Source: Spirochaetota bacterium (GTDB lineage Bacteria; Spirochaetota; UBA12135; COTS27; CBDBHE01). From it: a stretch of 64,000 nucleotides of DNA. The stretch is from the NCBI GenBank assembly GCA_965205605.1, contig CBDBHE010000001.1, positions 1-64,000 of the forward strand, given 5' to 3'. Each line of letters opens with the position of its first letter. Positions within the stretch are counted from its first letter, which is position 1. The notes beneath the pieces are model-generated. The model was given only the letters and a program-made list of their open reading frames with translations. It was not told the DNA's origin and did no database searches. The translations under genes and the position numbers were made by a program. This document shows, piece after piece, positions 1-11,416 of this stretch.

Positions 1-447
1 ATGATTAACTTCTTTTTCTTTCAAGGGACCTTTTAAAAAAAATAATCTTGAGTTTTATAGAAAACACTGATGAAACTCAAAGACTTCAAAATAGTATTTA
101 AAGACATCGTATTAATTTTGTTTAAGAATAGACAGACTATAAAACTTTAGATTTTTTTATATCTTCAAAAATTTCCATAATTTCTATAAATTCATTGTAT
201 TTGATTTCGTTATGCTTTTTCAAACCTTTAAACTCATCATCTAAGACTTTTTTCATCATTTTTTATCAATTTTCTTTTTAATGAAATTATTATGGCCAAA
301 ATTATTATTTCCTTTTTTTTCTTTATATTTATTATAATATTCCTCAGGAAGTTTTTTAAAAAAATCATAGATAATCATTAATTGCACTACGCGGTTATTT
401 TTTCTAAAAATTCTTGTTGATTTATTCTTTTTCTGTTAAATAGTATC

Positions 448-744
448 CTAAAAATTTAATACATACCACGGTGATGGAAATTTTTTACTCACACTAGTTT
501 TTTTATCGGATTCTGTTTTTTTGTATAACAAAATTAATTTTATCATCCCATCAGCTGTGAAAAATTCATGTATTTTAAAAGAAAAATCTTCATAATAACT
601 TACAATTGGTTTTGTTAAAAAATCAGATATATCTTGATGATTTAACTCATTTGTTTCAAAATAATATTTGTTTTGTATGATATTATAACTCTTTATTTTC
701 TTCATAATGAGCACAACACCCTTGTTTTTATACTCGGCAGTCAA
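448..744 (-). CDS. hypothetical protein (98 aa)
   Basis: ORF only; no recognisable motif; start uncertain. Confidence 0.3.
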   Translation of the reverse strand: MTAEYKNKGVVLIMKKIKSYNIIQNKYYFETNELNHQDISDFLTKPIVSYYEDFSFKIHEFFTADGMIKLILLYKKTESDKKTSVSKKFPSPWYVLNF

Positions 745-788
745 AAATTAAAAGCAATCAGATTCTAACCTCTTTATGGTTATGACTT

Positions 789-2109
789 TTAAGCTCCTCG
801 CCTTAAAAAAACTCTTTTAAAAGTTTCAAAAAAGATATAACATTCTATATAAAAAGAACGATTGTAAATATACCACAAATCATATTTAAGTTTAATTTCT
901 CCTGTAGAATCAGCTTTTCCATGAATCTGAGCCAAACCTGTTAACCCTGGTTTAACTAAAAATCTTTTTTTAAAACAACTTGATTTTTTTCTTAAAATCA
1001 TTAACTTCACTTGCAACAAGTGGACGAGGACCAATAAAAGACATGTTGCCTAAAAAGATATTAAAAAATTGAGGTAATTCATCAACATGTAAGCGTCTTA
1101 TCAACCTCCCTATAAACGTTCTTTTCTCATTACCATTTTGCATACTTCGAAATTTATATAAAGTAAATATTTTCCCTTTAAAACCAACTCTTTTTTGACT
1201 AAAAATCCCCTTTCTCTCTTGAAGTAATTACAATTAAAATATAAATCACTAACATAAGTGGAAAAAATAATAAAATTAAAATACTTGAAAAAAACAAATC
1301 AAAGATTCTTTTACTGCTAGAATGCTTAAAATTAAAATTTTTAACCTCCATTAAAGGCACATCATTAATACGACTATAATTAGAAAAAGGAAAAATAATC
1401 TCATATAAAGCTGGTACCAAAAACAATCTTTTATTTTTAATTTCTAAGCTAAAATGAGTCACAATAGATTGTTTTAAAACAAAATTTTTTACATTTATAA
1501 TAACAAAATCAACCTCTTTTTCATTAATGATTCTTTTGTAATCTTCTAAAATAGCTTTTTTGATTTCTTTTTTTTTATAATCCTCTATGGTTAAAATTGA
1601 GACGATTTCAAAATAAACCCCTTTACTTGATTCTATTTTTTTACTTAAGGAATTTCCTTTTTTTTCTTGAATAATAATGACTTTATTGACTTTATTTTTT
1701 CCAAAAAACAAATAAATCAGATAATGAAATAAAATATTTAAAAAATAATTAACAAATAAAAAGGTAAAAATAATTGATCTAGGAATAAATGATATTTCAA
1801 ATAAATACATAAATATAATAATGAAAAAAAATAAAAAAACATGAATTATCACTAATTTGTAAATTCGTTTATAAATAAAACTTTGAAAAGATTTTTCATA
1901 AAAAGCGTTAATATAAAGTAAAAAAATATAAATAGGTAAATGAAGTAAAAACAAATAAATAGTTTGATTAGAAAAAGAATGGGCTAACGTGGGAATCAAA
2001 AATTAAAAGAGTTGAAAAAGCTCTAATTTTTTTTGAAAAATAAAAAGAAACTAGGTAGATAATAATATCAATAAAAAAAAAGAAAAATAATACGACTATT
2101 TTTAATCAT
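789..2109 (-). CDS. WcaJ/WbaP-like polyprenyl glycosylphosphotransferase, frameshifted in this assembly
   Basis: N-terminal TM helices, KRIFDL, then KFRSM, DELPQ and GPRP in an alternate frame at about 1020-1200, and KPGLTGLAQI...YDLWYI in the last fragment; probable ATG at 2109. Confidence 0.85.
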
Positions 2110-2216
2110 AAAAAATAAAAAAAATATTGTTTAAATTAACTTAGTATTAATGATTCCAATTAATAAAACTAAAGTATTAAAGTATAAAACATTATATAAT
2201 CAATAGATACTAAGTG

Positions 2217-2225
2217 TGGTATAAT
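2217..2225 (+). promoter_or_regulatory. extended -10 promoter for leuCD
   Basis: TGgTATAAT 56 nt upstream of leuC ATG. Confidence 0.55.
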
Positions 2226-2281
2226 AATGCAAGTAAATAGGTTAATCTAACTTTTTTTTAAAAAAATTATTTATTTGACTT

Positions 2282-3667
2282 ATGAATAAAACAAGATTTC
2301 AAAAAATAGAAGAGAAACATTTAATCTCTTTTAATAACCATCAAAAAGCTTTGGCTGTTGGTCTTCATATTATTCATGAAGTCACCAGTGCTCAAGCTTT
2401 TTCTGCTTTAGAAAAAATGAATCTACCTGTAAAAAATCCTCAAAATACCTTTGCTGTTGTTGATCATGTGGTCCATACAGGAGGAAATGTCCCTAATGAT
2501 GTGATGGATGAGCTCCTTATTAAAACTCTTGAGAGAAATTGTAAGAAACACCAAATTACACTTTACGGTCAAAAAGAAAAAAAACAAGGCATTTGTCATG
2601 TTGTCTCTCCTGAAGTCGGTCTTACTAGACCCAATACTACGATTTTTTGTGGTGATTCTCATACTTCTACTCATGGAGCTTTTGGAGCCATTGCTGGGGG
2701 AATTGGCACCTCTAATATAAGAGATATTTTAGCAAGTGGGTGTCTTTTAAATTATACTTCTCCAAAACAATTTAAAATAGAGATTACAGGAAAATTACCT
2801 TCGTATTTATCTGCTAAAGACATTATTTTATACCTTTTTTCAAAATTAGGAAATCAATGGGCTACTGGTGGAGCTGTTTTTTTTACAGGAGAGGTCATTA
2901 AAAATCTTGGTATGGAAGGTCGTATGACCATTTGTAATATGACCATTGAAATGGGGGGACGGTTTGGTTATTGTGATGTTGATGAAAAGACAATTAATTG
3001 GTTTAAAAAAGATAGAGATTTTTTTAAAGTCTCTAATTTAAATGATGTTTTAACTCAGGAGTGGTTTTCTTACAATACGGATAAGGAGGCTATTTTTGAT
3101 AAAACAGTTACTTTTGATGCTTCTGAAATCAAACAAATGGTTTCCTATGGCTTAACACTTAATGAAGTCATTAATGTTGAAGGAAAAACAAAAAAGATCA
3201 ATAATGTTTTAGAATCAAGAAAAAAATATGAAGTTGAAGAAAATACCAAAGCAACTGAAATTACGATCGAACATGCTTTTATTGGTTCTTGTACCAATGG
3301 GAGAGTTAAAGATTTTAAAGATGCTGCTAAAGTATTAGAGCTTCATGGGGGTAGTGTTAAGGTAAAATCAGCCTTAGCTGTTCCTGGGTCGATGTCTGTA
3401 AAGAAAAAATGTGAAGAACTTGGAATTGATCAAATTTTTATTAATGCTGGCTATGAGTGGAGAGAACCAGGATGTAGTTCTTGTCTTGCTATGAATCCAG
3501 ATAAATTTATCGGTCGAGTTGCTTCATCAACAAATCGCAATTTTCCAGGCAGACAAGGGCCTCTATCAAGAACCTTTTTAATGAGCCCAGAATCTGTTGC
3601 TCTGGCCTCATTAGAAGGTAAATTCTCTGATTTAAAAGCCTTTTATAAAAAACATCAAATTATTTAA
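2282..3667 (+). CDS. leuC: 3-isopropylmalate dehydratase large subunit
   Basis: HEVTSAQAF, CGDSHTSTHGAFG, FIGSCTNGR, GCSSCLAMN, STNRNFPGRQG motifs. Confidence 0.95.
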   Translation: MNKTRFQKIEEKHLISFNNHQKALAVGLHIIHEVTSAQAFSALEKMNLPVKNPQNTFAVVDHVVHTGGNVPNDVMDELLIKTLERNCKKHQITLYGQKEKKQGICHVVSPEVGLTRPNTTIFCGDSHTSTHGAFGAIAGGIGTSNIRDILASGCLLNYTSPKQFKIEITGKLPSYLSAKDIILYLFSKLGNQWATGGAVFFTGEVIKNLGMEGRMTICNMTIEMGGRFGYCDVDEKTINWFKKDRDFFKVSNLNDVLTQEWFSYNTDKEAIFDKTVTFDASEIKQMVSYGLTLNEVINVEGKTKKINNVLESRKKYEVEENTKATEITIEHAFIGSCTNGRVKDFKDAAKVLELHGGSVKVKSALAVPGSMSVKKKCEELGIDQIFINAGYEWREPGCSSCLAMNPDKFIGRVASSTNRNFPGRQGPLSRTFLMSPESVALASLEGKFSDLKAFYKKHQII

Positions 3668-3693
3668 AACTAAAAAGATAAGAAACAAAAAAC

Positions 3694-4392
3694 ATGAATC
3701 ATATCATAGAAGGTAAATTAGCCTATTTTTTAGAACCCAATACTGACACTGATGTCATTATCCCGGCTTCTTTTTTAAAAAGAACTGCTATCGATGGCTT
3801 TGAAGCTTTTTCTTTTTTTGAAAAAAGATACACAACAAAAACCATTTGTAAGCCTTCTATTGAAAAAGAAGACTTTGTTTTTATTAAAAAAGAATTAAAT
3901 CAAAATTGCCCTTTAAATCACCCCAATGCCCAAAACGCTGATTTTTTATTAACTTGGTATAATTTTGGTTGTGGTAGCTCAAGAGAGCACGCTGTTTATG
4001 CCCTTAAAAATTATAAAGTGATTATTGGTAGTGCCCCTAAAGGAAAAGCGTCTTTCGCTGATATTTTCCGTGACAATTGTCGTCAAAATCTTATTTATAC
4101 CCCTGTCATTTCTGAAAAAAATCATCAGACTCTTTCTAATTACATAAAAAAAACCATTGATAAACAAAGTGTTTCTATTTTTGTTGATTTAAAAAAAAAC
4201 ATCTTAGGAATAAAACAAGAAAATCTTAATTTTAATTTTGACCTTCCTCAGTCTCATCAAACTTACCTAGCCTCTTCAAAAGATCCTTTTTTGTTAGCTA
4301 AAGAGCAAATACAAAAATATTTAAAAGATATTGATGCATGGTTACAAAATAATAATTTTTCAAAAATATCACCTAATACCCTTTTAAAATAA
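3694..4392 (+). CDS. leuD: 3-isopropylmalate dehydratase small subunit
   Basis: NTDTDVIIP, NFGCGSSREHA, SFADIF motifs; follows leuC. Confidence 0.92.
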   Translation: MNHIIEGKLAYFLEPNTDTDVIIPASFLKRTAIDGFEAFSFFEKRYTTKTICKPSIEKEDFVFIKKELNQNCPLNHPNAQNADFLLTWYNFGCGSSREHAVYALKNYKVIIGSAPKGKASFADIFRDNCRQNLIYTPVISEKNHQTLSNYIKKTIDKQSVSIFVDLKKNILGIKQENLNFNFDLPQSHQTYLASSKDPFLLAKEQIQKYLKDIDAWLQNNNFSKISPNTLLK

Positions 4393-4454
4393 AAAAATTG
4401 TTAACTCGTTATTGTTTAAAGTAGTGTGAATGATTTTAAACAATCGCTAAAAAA

Positions 4455-5585
4455 ATGCAAAAAATTGTTATTTTATGGCATGCAGCTGTTAAAAAAGAAT
4501 ATCAAAATTTAATTGAATCTTTAGCCCTTGTTTCAAAATATCAGTACACCCTTATTACTCCAAAAACTTGGCCTGAAGGGACTAAAAAACCCATTAAAGC
4601 AGAATCTTTTCCAAATAATCATTTTTTACATTTAAAATTACCGATTCTTTTTAGTGGTATTTCAAAACATTATTACCCTACTCTTTCTTTTTATTTAAAA
4701 AAACTTAAACCTAATTTAATCGATGTTATTGAAGAAGCAAATGCTTTAGTGACTTATCAAGTTTATTTATATGCTAAAAAAAATAAAATTCCTTATCTAT
4801 TTAACTCAGCTGAAAATACTTCAAAAAAACAAACATTTTTTTTAAAATGGATTGAAAAAAAAATTTTTAACACCTCTAAAGGTGCTATTTTTAGAAACAC
4901 AATCACAGCTTCTCTTTTAGAAAAAAGAGGATTTGAAAAAAAATCCGTTTGTATTGGTAATGGAATTGATAACAAATGTTTTCTTAAAAAAAACCAAATA
5001 CTTTTAAGAAAACAATTCCAATTTTCAACCAAACAAAAAATTATTGGTTTTGTTGGTAGATTAGTTGAAGAAAAAGGAATTCTTTTACTTATTGATGTTT
5101 TTAAAAAATTATCCTTAAAAATAGATGAACTCCATTTAATGATTATTGGAGATGGGAATTTATTAAATCTTATTAAAAAAAAACTTTCAAAAGAAATTAT
5201 GGATAAAAAAATAACCCTAAGCAAACAAGTGCCTCATAAAAAACTGGTAGATTTTTATAATTTAATGGATATTTTAGTCGTCCCTTCACTCATTAAGTCT
5301 TGGTGGCAAGAGCCTTTTGGAAGAATTATCATTGAAGCAATGGCTTGTGAATGTCTTGTCTTAGGATCTTCTTCAGGTCATATTCCTAAACTAATTCAAG
5401 AAAAAAAAATGCTTTTTAAAGCAGGGAATGCTTTAGACTTACAAAAAAAAATACTAACAATTCTTAATCATCAAAATCAATATCTCACTTTGAAAAAAAA
5501 AAATCGCCTCCTTGTAAAAGAATATTTTTGGAAAAACTTAGCTAAAAAAAGAATCCATTTTTATAAAAATTTCTTAAAAGTTTAA
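4455..5585 (+). CDS. GT4 family glycosyltransferase
   Basis: FVGRLVEEKG and EPFGRIIIEAMAC GT-B signature. Confidence 0.9.
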   Translation: MQKIVILWHAAVKKEYQNLIESLALVSKYQYTLITPKTWPEGTKKPIKAESFPNNHFLHLKLPILFSGISKHYYPTLSFYLKKLKPNLIDVIEEANALVTYQVYLYAKKNKIPYLFNSAENTSKKQTFFLKWIEKKIFNTSKGAIFRNTITASLLEKRGFEKKSVCIGNGIDNKCFLKKNQILLRKQFQFSTKQKIIGFVGRLVEEKGILLLIDVFKKLSLKIDELHLMIIGDGNLLNLIKKKLSKEIMDKKITLSKQVPHKKLVDFYNLMDILVVPSLIKSWWQEPFGRIIIEAMACECLVLGSSSGHIPKLIQEKKMLFKAGNALDLQKKILTILNHQNQYLTLKKKNRLLVKEYFWKNLAKKRIHFYKNFLKV

Positions 5586-5595
5586 AGAAATAATA

Positions 5596-5625
5596 TTGAC
5601 ATCAATTAATAAATAATATTATAGT
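5596..5625 (+). promoter_or_regulatory. sigma70 promoter of trp operon
   Basis: TTGACA-18 nt-TATAGT. Confidence 0.6.
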
Positions 5626-5629
5626 TTAA

Positions 5630-7141
5630 TTGTTTCTTTCAATAGAAACAATTTCAAAAAAACAAATGGATTTTTTACCTAAAAAAGAAATTTTTTTAAA
5701 AGATTGTAAAACTTATAACCTTATCCCAATTTCTTCTTTTGTTTATTTAGATGAAGAAACCCCTATTTCAATTTTTAAAAAACTTTCTGCTAATATTTTA
5801 CTTGAATCTGTTGAAAATAATTTTTCATTAGGACGCTATTCTATTATAGGGATTGGAAAAAAAACTAAAATTATCATCAATAAGGAAACCATTACCTTTT
5901 TCCATTACAATGAGAAAGAAAAACTTCTTAACAAAAAAATAATTACGGCTAAAAATCCACTTGTCGAACTAAAAAATTTTTACCAAAAAATTAAATCTCC
6001 TCAATATGAATACTTACCTGCTTTTTTTGGTGGGGCGATTGGCTACTTAGGATACGAAACAGTCAGCTACTATGAAGCTATCCAATCTAATCAAGATTTT
6101 TTAAAAATTCCAGATGGGATCTTAATTATTCCTAAAATTACCATCGTCTATGACAATATAAAAAGAGGCACTTGGATTATTACTTTTATAGAAGCAAACT
6201 ATCAACAAAATGAAAAAAATTATAAAATAACCATTAAAAATTTAAAAAAAACGATTCATACTATTTTAAAATCTAAAAAAAAAACGAGGTTTTCAAAGCA
6301 AAAAAAATTAAAAACATCACCGATTCATTATTATTTTAAGAAGAAGTATTTTCTTGACAGTGTTAAACAATGTAAAAAACATATTCAAAAAGGAGATATT
6401 ATCCAAGTTGTTTTATCACAACTTTTTTCAATTAAAACGAATAAAAGTCCTTTTGAAATTTATAGGCAATTACGTCATTTAAACCCATCTCCTTATTTAT
6501 ATTTTTTAGATTTTGAAGAGTTTCAAATAATTGGTTCTTCACCAGAAGTGATGGTAAAACTAGAAAATGAAGAACTACTTTTAAAACCCATTGCGGGAAC
6601 TCAAAAAAGAGGAAAAACTCCAAAAGAAGACACAAGACTTGAACACAAGCTTTTAAATGACCCAAAAGAAAAGAGTGAACATTTGATGTTGGTTGATTTA
6701 GGAAGAAATGATTTGGGACGTGTTTCCAAAGCAGGGTCTGTAAGAGTTATTGAATACATGACCGTTGAAAAATACTCTCATGTCATGCACCTTGTTTCTA
6801 AAATCAAGTCAAAAAAACAAACAAACGCCGATGCTTTTGATGTGATTGCAGCTACTTTTCCGGCAGGAACTCTTTCAGGAGCTCCTAAAGTACGAGCGAT
6901 GGAAATTATTAGTGAGCTAGAACCCATTAAACGATCTGCTTATGGTGGGATGATTCTCAATATTGGTTTTAATGGACGTTTAGATTCTTGTATTACCATT
7001 AGAACGATTATTATGAAAAATAAAGTCGCCCATATTCATACGGGGGCAGGCATTGTGGCAGATTCTGTTCCTATTAAAGAATATGAAGAAACATTAAATA
7101 AAGCTAAAGTTCTTTTTGAAGCATTAAAAAAAACAACTTAA
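5630..7141 (+). CDS. trpE: anthranilate synthase component I (true start probably ATG 5666)
   Basis: LLESVE, NPSPYL, GSSPE, PIAGT, EHLMLVDLGRND, FPAGTLSGAPK. Confidence 0.95.
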   Translation: MFLSIETISKKQMDFLPKKEIFLKDCKTYNLIPISSFVYLDEETPISIFKKLSANILLESVENNFSLGRYSIIGIGKKTKIIINKETITFFHYNEKEKLLNKKIITAKNPLVELKNFYQKIKSPQYEYLPAFFGGAIGYLGYETVSYYEAIQSNQDFLKIPDGILIIPKITIVYDNIKRGTWIITFIEANYQQNEKNYKITIKNLKKTIHTILKSKKKTRFSKQKKLKTSPIHYYFKKKYFLDSVKQCKKHIQKGDIIQVVLSQLFSIKTNKSPFEIYRQLRHLNPSPYLYFLDFEEFQIIGSSPEVMVKLENEELLLKPIAGTQKRGKTPKEDTRLEHKLLNDPKEKSEHLMLVDLGRNDLGRVSKAGSVRVIEYMTVEKYSHVMHLVSKIKSKKQTNADAFDVIAATFPAGTLSGAPKVRAMEIISELEPIKRSAYGGMILNIGFNGRLDSCITIRTIIMKNKVAHIHTGAGIVADSVPIKEYEETLNKAKVLFEALKKTT

Positions 7142-7145
7142 AATA

Positions 7146-8789
7146 ATGATTTTAATTATCGATAATTATGATTCTTTTACTTATAATATTGCTCAGTATT
7201 TTCAAATACTAAAAGAAAAGGTTGTCGTTAAAAGAAATAATAAAATTACAATAAAAGAAATCAAGCGTCTAAAACCACAAACTATTATTCTTTCTCCTGG
7301 TCCAGGGACCCCAAAAGAAAGTGGTTTTTGTTTTGAAATCATTAAGCATTTTAAAGGAAAAATCCCTATTTTTGGGATTTGCTTAGGCCATCAAATCATA
7401 GGAGAATTTTTTGGAGCTCATATTGTCATTTCAAAAAAACTTTATCATGGCAAAATATCTCAAATTCATCACTATCAAAAAGGAATCTTTACCTCTATCC
7501 CATCTCCTCATAAAGCAACTCGTTATCATTCTTTGCTCATTGATTCCAAAAGTCTGCCAAATGATTTTATAATAACAGCTAAAAGCGAAAATAAAGAAAT
7601 CATGGGTATTAAACACGTTAAATACCCTATTGAAGGTGTCCAATTTCATCCAGAATCTATTGAATCTGATTATGGAATGATTTTATTTAAAAACTTTTTA
7701 TCAGAAATAAAAAAAGAAAAAAAAACACTTATGAAGACTTCATCAAAAGATAAAAAAGAGATCAATATCAATAAAATGATTGAAAAATTACTCGATCAGC
7801 AGCCACTTCTTCAACAAGAAGCCAAAGAAATGATGAAAATCATTAGTGAAGGGAAGTTAAGTGACCTTGAGATAACAACAATTTTAGTTGCTCTTAGAAC
7901 CAAAGGAGAAAGCATTGAAGAAATAACAGGATTTGCTTCTTTTTTAAGAGAAAATGCCATTAAAATTAAAACACCTAAAAATCAAATCATTTTAGATACT
8001 TGTGGGACAGGTGGCGATAAAAGTGGTACTTTTAATATTTCAACCATTAGTGCTTTTGTCATTGCAGCATCAGGTATTTATGTAGCCAAACATGGCAATC
8101 GTTCTATGACTTCAAAATGTGGCAGTGCGGATGTATTAGAAGCTTTAAAAATTTCTTTAAATTTATCTCTTAAATCCCTTGAAACATGTCTGGACAAAAT
8201 AGGCATTACGTTTCTTTTTGCTCAAAAATTTCACCCTGCAATGAAGCATGTTATTCAAATTAGAAAAGCTTTAAAAACAAAAACTATCTTTAATCTACTC
8301 GGTCCTCTTGCAAGCCCAGCAAATGCAAAAGTACAAATAATGGGTGTTTTCTCTAAAGATTTAACCAATAAAATAGCCTCTGTACTTTTAAAATTGGGAG
8401 TACAAAAAGGAATGGTTTTTCATGGTTTAGATGGATTAGACGAAGTGAGTTTAACAACGAACACACAAATAAGCCAATTTGATGCCAATACAGACTTAAT
8501 AAAAAATTATCAATTTAATCCTCAAGAATATAGACTCCAATATTGTTCTCCCAAAGATTTAAAAGGAGGAGATGCTCTTGAAAATAAAGAAATTTTTCTA
8601 TCGATCCTTAAAGGAGATAAAGGACCTAAAAGAGAAATTGTCCTATTAAATGCGGCTTTTGGACTTTTAGCCTGCTCTAAAGCAAAAGATTTAAAGGAAG
8701 CTATTGAAATAGCAGCTTACAATATCGATCAAGGGCTTGCTCTAAAAAAATTACAAGACCTTATACAATTGAGCCAGCAATTAAAATGA
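7146..8789 (+). CDS. trpD: fused anthranilate synthase component II / anthranilate phosphoribosyltransferase (TrpG-TrpD)
   Basis: IDNYDSFT, GICLGHQ, QFHPES followed in frame by DTCGTGGD, KHGNRS, GSADVLE. Confidence 0.93.
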   Translation: MILIIDNYDSFTYNIAQYFQILKEKVVVKRNNKITIKEIKRLKPQTIILSPGPGTPKESGFCFEIIKHFKGKIPIFGICLGHQIIGEFFGAHIVISKKLYHGKISQIHHYQKGIFTSIPSPHKATRYHSLLIDSKSLPNDFIITAKSENKEIMGIKHVKYPIEGVQFHPESIESDYGMILFKNFLSEIKKEKKTLMKTSSKDKKEININKMIEKLLDQQPLLQQEAKEMMKIISEGKLSDLEITTILVALRTKGESIEEITGFASFLRENAIKIKTPKNQIILDTCGTGGDKSGTFNISTISAFVIAASGIYVAKHGNRSMTSKCGSADVLEALKISLNLSLKSLETCLDKIGITFLFAQKFHPAMKHVIQIRKALKTKTIFNLLGPLASPANAKVQIMGVFSKDLTNKIASVLLKLGVQKGMVFHGLDGLDEVSLTTNTQISQFDANTDLIKNYQFNPQEYRLQYCSPKDLKGGDALENKEIFLSILKGDKGPKREIVLLNAAFGLLACSKAKDLKEAIEIAAYNIDQGLALKKLQDLIQLSQQLK

Positions 8790-9562
8790 CAATAAGCCAT
8801 ATTTTAAAACAAATCGTCTCTCAAATTAAACAAGATGATCAAGAAGCTTTTAATACCTTTAAAAAAGAAAATTTTCATCCCCCTACCCGTCAAAAACCTA
8901 TCAACATTTTAAAAGAATGTTTCAATGATTTTTTTTTAATTTGCGAACTTAAAAAAGCCTCCCCTTCTAAAGGTGTTTTTAGAAATCTTTATGACCCTGT
9001 TAAACTTGCTTTGGAATATCAATCAGCAGGAGCTAAAGCGATTTCAGTTTTGACAGAAAATAATTTTTTTAAAGGTAGTTTACAAGATTTAGAAATGGTT
9101 AGAAAAGTGAGTCAACTTCCTATCCTCAGAAAAGATTTCATCGTTCACTCTAAGCAAATAGCAGATGCCTATTTGGTCGGAGCTGATTTAGTTTTACTCA
9201 TTACTAGTATTGTATCAGACCAAGAGCTAAAAGAGCTTTATCACTACACCACATCACTTGGAATGACCCCCTTAGTTGAAATACACACCGAAGAAGATTT
9301 AAAAAGAGCTCTAAAATTAAACCCTCTTTTAATAGGAATTAATAATAGAGATTTAAACCATTTTACAGTTAAATTAGACCATGGATTTAAGCTTATCAAA
9401 AAAATACCTCCTTCAATTAAAGTCATTGCTGAATCAGGCATTAAAACTAACAAAGAAATTAATCAAATAAAAGAAAATGGATTTTCAGGAGCTCTTATTG
9501 GTGAATCTATTTTAATCAAAGACAATGTAAAAAAAGCCATTACTTCACTATTAGATGCTTAA
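8786..9562 (+). CDS. trpC: indole-3-glycerol phosphate synthase
   Basis: ELKKASPSKG, ISVLTE, LRKDF, GINNRDL, AESGI. Confidence 0.95.
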   Translation: MTISHILKQIVSQIKQDDQEAFNTFKKENFHPPTRQKPINILKECFNDFFLICELKKASPSKGVFRNLYDPVKLALEYQSAGAKAISVLTENNFFKGSLQDLEMVRKVSQLPILRKDFIVHSKQIADAYLVGADLVLLITSIVSDQELKELYHYTTSLGMTPLVEIHTEEDLKRALKLNPLLIGINNRDLNHFTVKLDHGFKLIKKIPPSIKVIAESGIKTNKEINQIKENGFSGALIGESILIKDNVKKAITSLLDA

Positions 9563-9564
9563 TA

Positions 9565-10194
9565 ATGATTAAAATTAAATTTTGTGGCCTTAAAAAAGTA
9601 GAGGATTTTCAAAAAGCAATCGAATTAAAAGCAACTTACGCTGGTTTTATTTTTTATAAAAAATCTCCTAGATATATTTCCCCAAAAAAAGTAAAAAAAA
9701 TGATTAAGACTAATAAAAATAAATTGATCAAAACAGTGGGTGTTTTTGTTGATGAGAATATTGAAAAAGTAAAATCTATTTTTCATGGTTGCAAACTTGA
9801 TGTCATTCAGTTTCACGGAGAAGAAACTCAAGATTATTTACAAAAGATTAATTTTCCTTATTGGAAAGTGCTAAAAATTAAAAAAACAACGAATTTAAAA
9901 ATAGCAAAAAATTATCAAACTCCTTTTATTCTTTTAGATACTTATGACTCTAAAAAAAAAGGAGGAACGGGAAAAATGATTGATTTGGAGATTTTACATA
10001 AAACTAGCTTAATAAAAAAAAAATGGATTTTCGCTGGAGGGATTAATCAAGAAAATATTACTAATTTTTTTTCTTACAATCCCTATTGCTTAGATATTAA
10101 TAGCGGTGTTGAAAAAGCTGCTGGAGAAAAAGATCACTTTAAAATGACAAAACTTGTTAAAATAATTGAATCTTTTAATCAAAAAAAAAAATGA
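9565..10194 (+). CDS. trpF: phosphoribosylanthranilate isomerase
   Basis: KFCGL, SPRY, QFHGEE, GGTG, DINSGVE. Confidence 0.93.
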   Translation: MIKIKFCGLKKVEDFQKAIELKATYAGFIFYKKSPRYISPKKVKKMIKTNKNKLIKTVGVFVDENIEKVKSIFHGCKLDVIQFHGEETQDYLQKINFPYWKVLKIKKTTNLKIAKNYQTPFILLDTYDSKKKGGTGKMIDLEILHKTSLIKKKWIFAGGINQENITNFFSYNPYCLDINSGVEKAAGEKDHFKMTKLVKIIESFNQKKK

Positions 10195-11416
10195 AGAAAA
10201 AAAATAAATATTTTGGTTCTTATGGGGGTAGATATGTTCCTGAAATGTTAATCCCTGCCTTAGAGGAGCTAGAAAAAGCTTTTTATGAATGTAAAAGAAA
10301 CCCAAACTTTCAAAAAAATCTTGAAAACACACTCACTCATTATTGTGGTAGACCCACTCCTTTAACCTATGCTAAAAACCTTACTCAATATTTAAAAGGA
10401 TGTAAAATCTACTTAAAAAATGAAGGATTAAATCACACTGGTTCTCATAAAATTAATAATGCTTTAGGGCAAGGTTTGCTCACCCAATACATGAACAAAA
10501 AAAAATTGTTGCTGAAACAGGTGCCGGCCAACATGGAGTCGCTTGTGCAACCGTTGCTGCCAAACTTAATTTTGATTGTCTTGTTTTTATGGGACAAATT
10601 GATATTAAAAGGCAATACCCTAATGTCTATTCAATGAAAACTCTTGGCACTCAAGTTTACCCCGTTACTTTTGGAACAAAAACATTAAAAGATGCTGTTA
10701 ATGCTGCTTTAAAGTATTGGATTGAAAATTTAAAAGAGACTCATTATATTTTAGGCTCTGCTTTAGGACCACATCCTTATCCTATGATGGTTAGAGATTT
10801 TCAATCTATTATTGGAAAAGAAACCAAAAAACAAATTTTAACTTTAGAGGGAAAACTACCTAATATCATTCTTGCCTGTGTTGGAGGAGGATCTAATAGC
10901 TTGGGAATTTTTTATCCTTTTTTAAAAGATAAAACAGTAAAGTTAATCGGAGTAGAAGCTGGTGGTATAGGAAAAAAAATAGGACAAAATGCAACTAGGT
11001 TTCAAGGAAAAGCAAGAATCGGTATTGCTCAAGGTTATAAATCTTACTTCCTTCAAAATAAAGAAGGTCAATTAGAAAAAACGCATTCTATTGCTGCAGG
11101 TCTCGATTATGCTGGAGTAGGCCCTGAGTTGGCTTACTTAAAAGAAAAAAAAAGAGTTTCTTTTTTTAGTGTTTCTGATAAAGAAGTTATTAATGCCTTT
11201 AAAATTTTAGCAAAAACAGAAGGCATCTTCCCAGCCTTAGAGTCCGCTCATGGAGTTGCTCAAGCAATCAAAATAGCTCCAAAAATGAACTCAAAAGAAA
11301 TCATGGTTATTAATGTTTCAGGAAGAGGTGATAAAGACATCTTTATTAACGCCAAAGCAACCGACCCCAAAAATTGGTTTTCATTCTTACAAGATGCTTT
11401 AAACAATGAACCTTAA
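10191..11416 (+). CDS. trpB: tryptophan synthase beta chain, one frameshift at an A9 tract (10497-10505)
   Basis: GSHKINN PLP motif in the first ORF; adding one A restores [14 protein letters not shown] and joins the second ORF ([17 protein letters not shown]). Confidence 0.93.

Noticed and set aside
1-447. Short minus-strand ORF fragments (about 40 aa) at the window start
   Set aside because: No recognisable family; may be remnants or indel-broken genes, and cannot be supported.
5586-5665. trp leader peptide or T-box riboswitch
   Set aside because: Region is too short and has no Trp-codon leader or terminator hairpin.
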